From: a bacterium | GTDB lineage: Bacteria > Zhuqueibacterota > Zhuqueibacteria > Oceanimicrobiales > Oceanimicrobiaceae | Direction of reading: 5' to 3' | DNA: 34,382 bases | Assembly (NCBI GenBank): GCA_046757025.1 | Contig: JBHHXN010000043.1 | Span: forward strand, 1-34,382 | Shown here: positions 27,759 through 34,382 of the stretch, piece by piece | Layout: each line of letters opens with the position of its first letter | Numbering within the stretch: position 1 is the first letter of the stretch | The notes under the pieces: model-generated | Database searches by the model: none | Seen by the model: only the letters and a program-made list of their open reading frames with translations | Told to the model about the DNA's origin: nothing | Translations under genes and position numbers: made by a program

Positions 27759-29510
27759 GTGCCTGGTCGAACAAAAAACAAATCAAGTTTTTCACAATTA
27801 GACGAAAAACTCTACGAATTACAAGCGCTTTTTGATCTGAGTAAAGCGTTAAATTCCTCCTTAAATTTACAAACCATTCTCGACACCATTCTATTAACTC
27901 CCATGGGGAAAATGTTGATTTCAAAGGGAGTGGTGTTGATTGCTAACGGTAGCAAAGGATACGTTATCCAATCCTTTAAAGGACTTTCTAAAGCGCTGCT
28001 GGGTACGAAAATCTACGTGGATGGCTGCCCCAGCGGACCGACATTTACGGCGCAGCTAAATCCTTCGCCCTGGCAGGCGTTTTTCCAGAAGAATGAAATC
28101 GAGCTGATTATTCCAATTTTACACGATGGGAAGAGTCTGGGTATAATCGGATATGGCAGGAAAATTTTAGGATCCGAATTTACCGATTCCGAGCTGGAAT
28201 ATTTACACTCCCTTTCAAACATTGCCGCAACCGCCGTGCAAAATGGACTCATCTTCCAGGAGTTAAATGACGTCAACCGGCAGTTGGACAAAAAAGTCCA
28301 GGAGCTCAACACCTTGTTTGAGATTGGCAAAGAACTCAATTCCACACTGGAAACGAATACGGTGGTCAATCTTTTAGCCTATTCCATCATGGGCGAGATG
28401 ATGGTTAACCGCTGCCTGGTTTTTTTGTGTGACGACGACGTCATGAGTTTAAAATTAAAAAAAGGTTTTCAGAGTGAAGAAGAATTAGATTTTAACAGCA
28501 AAGCGGAATTTTTAAATGCATTAAACCAGGTTGAACAACCCTTGCTTTTGAATGAAGTCGAAGACGAACAAAATGAGCACTTTTCGAATTTAAGCCATAT
28601 CGCCATTTCGGTGCTGATTCCCATGCGGATTCAGAATGAAACCAAAGGCGTCATCGCTCTCGGAGAAAAAATCACCAAGCTCCCTTTTACCAAAGAAGAG
28701 CTGGACTTTCTGACGACTCTGGGCAATTTGTCCATGATTTCCATCGAAAATGCCAGACTGTTTGAAGAGACTTTAGAGAAACAACGCCTTGAAGAAGAGT
28801 TGCAAATTGCCAGCGATATTCAACGAAAATTGTTGCCCAGCCAGTGCCCAGAAATCGAAAACTATGAAGTGGCAGCGGTAAACATTCCTTCCCGCCAGGT
28901 GGGCGGCGATTATTATGATTGTATTAAAATCGATGATCAAAAATACGCATTTTGCATTGCCGACGTTTCTGGAAAAGGTGCTCCAGCCGCTTTATTGATG
29001 TCAAATCTACAAGCCAGTTTGCATGTACTATTGAACACCAAGTTAAACATCGATGAAATCACCTCACGCATCAACAATCTCATCTATCAAAACACTTCCT
29101 ATGATAAATTTATCACCTATTTCATCGGAATTTTGGATTTAAAAAACCGAACATTTACTTCGGTGAATGCTGGACATAACCCGCCATATTTGTTCCATAA
29201 AGACCGTTCTTTTCAAACCTTTAACGAGGGCGGGCTCATCCTGGGCATGATGCCTAATATTCCCTATGATACCGAAACGACCCAACTTAAGAGCGGAGAC
29301 TGCCTGGTCATGTTTACAGATGGAGTTTCGGAAGCCATGAATGCAAAAGAAGAAGAGTTTGAGGAAAAAAGAATCGAAGAGTGTGTTATTCAGAATTATC
29401 AATCGTCAGCGGAAAATATTTTAAACAGTTTGATAGAGTCAGTAAAAGAATTCTCTAAAGGACAGCCACAGGCAGATGATATAACGATTTTGGTAATTAA
29501 ACTACTGTAA
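27759..29510 (+). CDS. Cytoplasmic GAF-GAF-PP2C (RsbU-type) phosphatase
   Basis: Two GAF segments (ending ATAVQN, MISIEN), PP2C motifs VGGDYYD, ADVSGKG, NAGH, FTDG, ADDIT. Confidence 0.92.
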   Translation: MPGRTKNKSSFSQLDEKLYELQALFDLSKALNSSLNLQTILDTILLTPMGKMLISKGVVLIANGSKGYVIQSFKGLSKALLGTKIYVDGCPSGPTFTAQLNPSPWQAFFQKNEIELIIPILHDGKSLGIIGYGRKILGSEFTDSELEYLHSLSNIAATAVQNGLIFQELNDVNRQLDKKVQELNTLFEIGKELNSTLETNTVVNLLAYSIMGEMMVNRCLVFLCDDDVMSLKLKKGFQSEEELDFNSKAEFLNALNQVEQPLLLNEVEDEQNEHFSNLSHIAISVLIPMRIQNETKGVIALGEKITKLPFTKEELDFLTTLGNLSMISIENARLFEETLEKQRLEEELQIASDIQRKLLPSQCPEIENYEVAAVNIPSRQVGGDYYDCIKIDDQKYAFCIADVSGKGAPAALLMSNLQASLHVLLNTKLNIDEITSRINNLIYQNTSYDKFITYFIGILDLKNRTFTSVNAGHNPPYLFHKDRSFQTFNEGGLILGMMPNIPYDTETTQLKSGDCLVMFTDGVSEAMNAKEEEFEEKRIEECVIQNYQSSAENILNSLIESVKEFSKGQPQADDITILVIKLL

Positions 29511-29614
29511 TAGGTGAAAGTCAGGATTGATAATTTGCAACTGACATCAGGGACTGATTGAAATGCCCTGCTGTTCTGCTATTCTAAACGAAAATTTATG
29601 GGTAACTCCCGCCC

Positions 29615-30220
29615 AATAATCCGCTCCTTCAACCCAAAGAGATCACATTCTTTTATGCGAAGAGGCTCTCAACGGCGTCTTTATTTTCCAGAAGCGTGTC
29701 GCTTACTTTGTAAAGGGTATTCAGCGAAAGACGGTAAAATCGCACCCCAACAGCTCATCGAGACCGCTGATGGCCTGGCGCTCGTCCCCCGGCCTGACCA
29801 GCAGACCGATGAGTAACAGAGACGCCACCTCCACCTCACGGTCGCTGAAGTCACAGTCGTGTAATCACTGCTTGAACTCAAGTCTTTTAAAATAAGCTAA
29901 CGACCCATATTCTGTGCCAACGCTTCTGAGTCTTGAATGGCTGAGTGAAACTAAATCGATCGATTCATAGGGCTTTTCATCGCCCTCCCGGTACTCGGCT
30001 TTATATTTTCTGAGCAGCTTTTGGGCATATTGGGTGGCGAGGCGTTCGGTCTCAGGATTTCCAGCAAAAAGTTTTTCCTGACCCCGCAGGACTTCCTCAA
30101 TCCGTTTGGCAAAAGCAGCCATTCAGATTCAACCAGGCTAAGTTTACCCAGATTGAGCAAGAATTTTTGTCTTAGGCCGTTCTCGGTTCTGAACGACTCC
30201 ACCAGGTATTGGTAAATACA
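29615..30220 (-). pseudogene. Degraded IS1634-family-like transposase, N-terminal part
   Basis: Collinear fragments across frameshifts and stops: YQYLVESFRTENGLRQKFLLNLG / AKRIEE..IDLVSLSHSRLRSVGTE / FSDREVEVASLLLIG..RPG / SGLDELLGCDF / LYKVSDTLLENKDAVE / ECDLFGLKERII. Confidence 0.75.
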
Positions 30221-30299
30221 TTGACAAATATTAAACATAGATATTGATGTTAAGTACTTTTTCACTAGTTATTAGCCACTTTTTAACGGTTTTCACAGC

Positions 30300-30491
30300 C
30301 CCTGTGGTAAACATGGGATAAGACCCTTCGCTTTGAAACCCTTGATAGCTAAACCCGCCAAACTGTCGAAAAATAGGTCTTCCTTTGTAAATTTCTAACC
30401 CATCAAATATTCGCTCTCCATGAGCAATAAACATCCCGGCGTCTGTATCGATCACGACTTTAGCAAATGCTAATAAGTACGATTTTTTCAA
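30300..30491 (-). pseudogene. Fragment of CapA (PGA_cap) family metallophosphoesterase
   Basis: FAKVVIDTDAGMFIAHGERIFDGLEIYKGRPIFRQFGGF resembles family consensus A..IDAGAD..IGHHPH..Q.IE.YKG.PI.YSLGNF with key residues degraded. Confidence 0.6.
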
Positions 30492-30508
30492 TTTCCTGTG
30501 ATTTTATT

Positions 30509-30537
30509 TTGCTCTTAAGAAAAGAAACTATTATATT
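30509..30537 (+). promoter_or_regulatory. Candidate sigma70 promoter for the REC-PP2C / radical SAM unit
   Basis: TTGCTC (30509-30514), 17-nt spacer, TATATT (30532-30537); AT-rich context lowers specificity. Confidence 0.45.
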
Positions 30538-30540
30538 AGA

Positions 30541-30698
30541 TAGTGCCTGACCGAAATGTACATGAACCTTCACTCTGAGTCCTTCGACAAGCTCAGGATT
30601 GATTCGTCGAAGGATGATAAGCTCTTGTTTTTACATCATGCTTGCCCGAATTTACTTCGGGACTCAGCATGAAGGCTTCCGTTTTCGGTCAGACATTA
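30541..30698. mobile_element. MITE-like element copy D with nested REP-like motifs
   Basis: TAGTGCCTGACCGAAA / TTTCGGTCAGACATTA termini; contains CCTTCGACAAGCTCAGGA (30581-30598) and CATGCT..CCCGAA/TTCGGG..AGCATG hairpin; 3' part matches copy A. Confidence 0.75.
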
Positions 30699-30751
30699 AA
30701 TGGATTATAATATATTAAAATGAACAATCGTACTGGGAACCAATAAGGATT

Positions 30752-31897
30752 ATGGCTACTATTTTAGTTGTTGACGACGAAAAATCAATTACCTTCTTGC
30801 TGTCTGAAGTATTGAAAAAGGACGGTCATTTTGTTAAAGAGCTCTCCGACGGGAAATTAGTGAGCGATGAGCTGCACCATAGAAATTATGATCTGGTGGT
30901 TTCTGATTTGCACATGCGGGAGAAAGGCGGAATAGAGGTGCTGAAAATAGTGAAGGATCACGATGAAAGTACCGAGGTGTTGATTTTGACCGGTCACGGT
31001 ACTGTAGCCACAGCAGTTGAAGCCATGAAGCTGGGCGCTTTTGAATATTTAACCAAGCCCATCGACATGGAAGAATTCCGTCTGAAAGTTCAGAAAGCGC
31101 TGGAAAGAAGAAATTTCAAGATCCAAATTGAAAAACAGCAGAAGGAATTGATCGCCTACCAGGAAATGATCAAAAAGGATTTGAGTCTGGCAGAGCACGT
31201 GCAAACAAGTTTGGTACCGGCGCCGATAAGCCTGCCTAACATCGATGTACATGTAAAATACATGCCCATGATCGGAGTGGGCGGTGATTTCGCCGATATC
31301 TATTTTGATGGCGAGGAAAACGTGTATTTAACTCTGGTGGACGTAACTGGGCATGGCATTACCGCGGCGCTGCTGGTGAACAGAATTTGCAGCGAGATTC
31401 GAAACCTGGTGCGGGAGCAGAAAAATCCGCGCGCTATTTTGAACGACGTAAACAATTTGATTTTTGATGCCTTTGAAGGCACTGCCATGTTTTTAACCAT
31501 GTTTTCCGCCGTGATAAATTTGAGAAAGGGCACCATAACCTATGCGGGCAGCGCCCATCCGGCGGTGATTTTATGGAAAAGCCGAGAAAATAAATTTGTG
31601 AAATTGGAATCGCAGAATGTCATCATCGGTTACGAAAAAAGAGACGAAAATAAATTCGATCAGGATATCGTCATGATGGGACCGGAAGACAAAATCATCA
31701 TGTACACGGACGGAATCATTGAAGCAGAAGATACCAAAGGTAAGCAATTGGGTATTGATGGATTTATCAACTTCTTCAAGCCGAGTATTTATTTATCCGT
31801 TGATGAAATCATCGAAACCATTTTAAGTGGCATCCATGAATTTTCCCCTAAACCGCTAAAGGATGATGTGTATCTCATCGTCGCCGGTATGAAATAA
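30752..31897 (+). CDS. Response-regulator PP2C phosphatase (REC + SpoIIE domain)
   Basis: Canonical REC (ILVVDDE, SDLHM, LTGHG, LTKP); PP2C VGGDFAD, DVTGHG, YTDG, KDD. Confidence 0.92.
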   Translation: MATILVVDDEKSITFLLSEVLKKDGHFVKELSDGKLVSDELHHRNYDLVVSDLHMREKGGIEVLKIVKDHDESTEVLILTGHGTVATAVEAMKLGAFEYLTKPIDMEEFRLKVQKALERRNFKIQIEKQQKELIAYQEMIKKDLSLAEHVQTSLVPAPISLPNIDVHVKYMPMIGVGGDFADIYFDGEENVYLTLVDVTGHGITAALLVNRICSEIRNLVREQKNPRAILNDVNNLIFDAFEGTAMFLTMFSAVINLRKGTITYAGSAHPAVILWKSRENKFVKLESQNVIIGYEKRDENKFDQDIVMMGPEDKIIMYTDGIIEAEDTKGKQLGIDGFINFFKPSIYLSVDEIIETILSGIHEFSPKPLKDDVYLIVAGMK

Positions 31898-31903
31898 ATC
31901 TAA

Positions 31904-33397
31904 ATGAATAATAGAATTCTTCTGATAAATCCCTGGATCACGGATTTTGCGGCGTACGACTTCTGGCTGCGTCCGTTGGGCCTTTTGTACGTGGCCGGCA
32001 TGTTGCGCAAATACTCTTACGATGTTGCTTTAATTGATTGCATGGATCGGCACGATTCGGATTTATTGCGTTACCAGGGAATCTCTCAACCGTTAAACAA
32101 ATACTACACTACGGGCAAGTTTTACCGGGAAGTTATCCCGAAACCGCAAGTTTACCAGAACGTTCCCAGAAATTACGCCCGCTATGGATTGCCGTTCAAT
32201 TTATTTCGAAAGAAATTGATCGAAAGCCGCAAGCCGGCAGTCGTGCTAATGACCTCAGGCATGACCTACTGGTATCCGGGCGTGCAATTGGCGGTGCGGG
32301 AAATACGCAACGTGTATGCAGATGCGCCCATCGTGTTAGGGGGTATCTATCCCACATTGTGCAAAGAGCATGCGATTAATACGAGCGGTGTGGATTATGT
32401 GATTTCCGGGGAAGGCGAGCTGGCTGCGCTGAAGATGGTGGATTCGTTAACTCACCACAAACGGTCTTATGATGAATTTAGCAGCGATTTAGACGAATTG
32501 CCGTTTCCTGCCTATGATCTGTACGAAAATCTGAATTTTGCAGCCATTTTAACCTCTCGTGGCTGTCCCTTGAAATGCACTTTTTGCGCCTCCAATTTAG
32601 TCGCGGGTGCGTATCGCTGGCGTTCACCGACCTGTGTTGTCGATGAGCTGAGGTTTTTGCATTCACAATTGCAAATCGATGAATTCGCTTTTTACGATGA
32701 TGCGCTTTTGACCAATTTTAAAAATCATCTTGCGCTCATTTTAGACTCGGTAATCGAGCAGAACTGGAGAATACATTTTCATACGCCAAATGGACTGCAA
32801 TCCCGTTTGATTACCAGCGAAGTTGCTGAAAAGATGTTCAAATCGGGCTTCAAAACCCTTCGCTTGAGTTATGAATCCGGCAACCCGCACCGACAGATAG
32901 ACATCTGCAACAAAGTGAATGACGAAACCTTTGTGCAGGCAGTTCAAAATTTGTATGACGCCGGCTACCGGCACGGTGAGCTGGATGCGTATGTAATTAT
33001 GGCCTTGCCGGGGCAAAGCATTGAAGAAATATTGTGGAGCATGGCGTTTGTGCATAGGTATGGCGTTAAAATCAGGCTGGCAGCGTTTTCACCTATTCCG
33101 GGCACGGTAGAGTGGCAGAGGGCTGTTTCGATTTATGGTTTCCCGGCGGATGCCGATCCATTATTATCCAATAACTCCATTTTGCCCATTAAAGCGAGAG
33201 GCGCCACTTTCAGAACATTTGAGAAAATTTCACAAATGGCACAAAATTTAAATATTAATTTGGCAAAATGTATGATAGAAAAGGACACCAGAAGTTTGGT
33301 TAGAATGATGAAAAACCAATTCAGCCGTTTAGAATTGACTGGTGTGGAATCCCCGGTGGTGAAGGATGAGCTGAAACCCCAAGTGACACTCGAATAA
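31904..33397 (+). CDS. Cobalamin-binding-domain radical SAM protein
   Basis: LLINP..PLGLLYVAG, IVLGGIYPT, GEGE (B12-binding domain); SRGCPLKCTFC (CxxxCxxC), FYDD. Confidence 0.9.
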   Translation: MNNRILLINPWITDFAAYDFWLRPLGLLYVAGMLRKYSYDVALIDCMDRHDSDLLRYQGISQPLNKYYTTGKFYREVIPKPQVYQNVPRNYARYGLPFNLFRKKLIESRKPAVVLMTSGMTYWYPGVQLAVREIRNVYADAPIVLGGIYPTLCKEHAINTSGVDYVISGEGELAALKMVDSLTHHKRSYDEFSSDLDELPFPAYDLYENLNFAAILTSRGCPLKCTFCASNLVAGAYRWRSPTCVVDELRFLHSQLQIDEFAFYDDALLTNFKNHLALILDSVIEQNWRIHFHTPNGLQSRLITSEVAEKMFKSGFKTLRLSYESGNPHRQIDICNKVNDETFVQAVQNLYDAGYRHGELDAYVIMALPGQSIEEILWSMAFVHRYGVKIRLAAFSPIPGTVEWQRAVSIYGFPADADPLLSNNSILPIKARGATFRTFEKISQMAQNLNINLAKCMIEKDTRSLVRMMKNQFSRLELTGVESPVVKDELKPQVTLE

Positions 33398-33470
33398 ATT
33401 GTAAAATAAAAAGTAGCATTAGGAGAATCATCCATTGCTGCCGAAAGAAATTTCCAGGTAAATTTAATAG

Positions 33471-34370
33471 ATGAACGAACACACTCCATTTGATGAGGAC
33501 TTTTATCGCCGGTATTATTCGAAGAGAAGATTTCGAATTTTCGAGAAATTAAACAGCGACAATCCAAAAATAAATCTTTACTTATTTATTGCCACGTGTT
33601 TTACTACGTTCATGACCGGCTGGCTGCAACATGGCTACTGGCAGGCGGGTTTGTGGTACGGCGGCTCGATAATTGCAATTCTGCTCGCCCATGAGATGGG
33701 GCACTATTGGATGTGCAAAAAGTACGGAATTCAGGCGACGCTGCCCTTTTTTATCCCATTTCCTCTGCCAAATTTGAACCCGTTTGGCACCATGGGCGCC
33801 GTAATAAAAATGGAGGCGCGCATTCCCAGCCGCAAAGCTTTGTTCGACGTAGCCATTGCTGGACCGCTGGCGGGTCTCGTCATCACCATTCCAGCAATCT
33901 ATTTTGGTCTGCAGCTATCTGAGGTTATTGAAGTTCGACCCGACACGTCGGTGGGGACGATGCTGGGTGAGTCGATTTTATTTGCGCAAATTTCTAAGTG
34001 GGCCATCGGTTCGTTGCCGGAAGGGCAGGATGTCCTGCTCCATCCCATGGCGTTTGCTGGCTGGGCTGGCTTGTTCGTAACCGCCCTCAATTTGTTGCCC
34101 ATCGGCCAATTGGATGGCGGGCATATCGTGTATGCCATTCTGGGGAAAAACCACAAATACGTGGCCACGGCAGCGTTGGTGGGCTTTGCCTATATTTGCA
34201 TTCGCATTTACCCGGGCTGGGTCTTATTGCTGGCGCTCATCATCTGGTTTGGGTACCGGCATCCTCCGACGTTAGATGAAACCCCCGTTGATGGCAACCG
34301 ATTTATGCTCGGCATTTTTACAATGATTCTGTTTGTGCTGTCGTTTACTCCTCGGCCTTTCATTTTTTAG
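33471..34370 (+). CDS. Site-2 protease (M50 intramembrane metalloprotease)
   Basis: HEMGH, AGPLAG, NLLPIGQLDGG, multiple TM segments. Confidence 0.93.
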   Translation: MNEHTPFDEDFYRRYYSKRRFRIFEKLNSDNPKINLYLFIATCFTTFMTGWLQHGYWQAGLWYGGSIIAILLAHEMGHYWMCKKYGIQATLPFFIPFPLPNLNPFGTMGAVIKMEARIPSRKALFDVAIAGPLAGLVITIPAIYFGLQLSEVIEVRPDTSVGTMLGESILFAQISKWAIGSLPEGQDVLLHPMAFAGWAGLFVTALNLLPIGQLDGGHIVYAILGKNHKYVATAALVGFAYICIRIYPGWVLLLALIIWFGYRHPPTLDETPVDGNRFMLGIFTMILFVLSFTPRPFIF

Positions 34371-34382
34371 CCAGAATTATTC

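Noticed and set aside
29598..29816. 72-aa plus-strand ORF
   Set aside because: Antisense to the transposase remnant.
1..34382. CRISPR array, tRNA, rRNA, prophage or defence system
   Set aside because: No regularly spaced direct repeats, cloverleafs, rRNA motifs, or phage or defence proteins recognised; the repeats found are dispersed and inverted.

Overview
Bacterial chromosomal window; all intact genes are on the + strand. The gene styles suggest an FCB-group lineage such as KSB1/Calditrichota (inference only). (1) 1628-15576 is a 15-gene aromatic amino acid supraoperon: trpE-G-D-C-F-B-A, chorismate mutase, DAHP synthase, tyrA, aroA, aroE, aroC, aroK and a type II dehydroquinase fused to an fRMsr-like GAF domain. 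It is preceded by a near-consensus sigma70 promoter and a 29-codon leader peptide missing from the ORF track (MNRILSTKYYWRYWYFFSHSGKNTSAGPS), with overlapping antiterminator and terminator hairpins. This is an apparent Tyr/Trp/Phe multivalent attenuator and the most notable item here. (2) lon follows, then a hypothetical gene and an outer-membrane-barrel/CpoB-like TPR fusion; lon and the hypothetical gene each have a sigma54-like promoter. (3) Next come an output-less REC-PAS-GAF-GAF protein, a hairpin-rich 300-nt leader or ncRNA candidate, a beta-propeller lipoprotein, and a partner-switching module (three PP2C phosphatases, RsbV-like, RsbW-like, no sigma factor in view). (4) The window ends with decayed IS1634-type transposase and CapA fragments, a B12-binding radical SAM enzyme and a site-2 protease. 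Four copies of a MITE-like element with shared inverted termini and differing REP-like interiors lie in intergenic regions. No rRNA, tRNA or CRISPR array was seen. All calls are by eye, with no database searches or folding computations.
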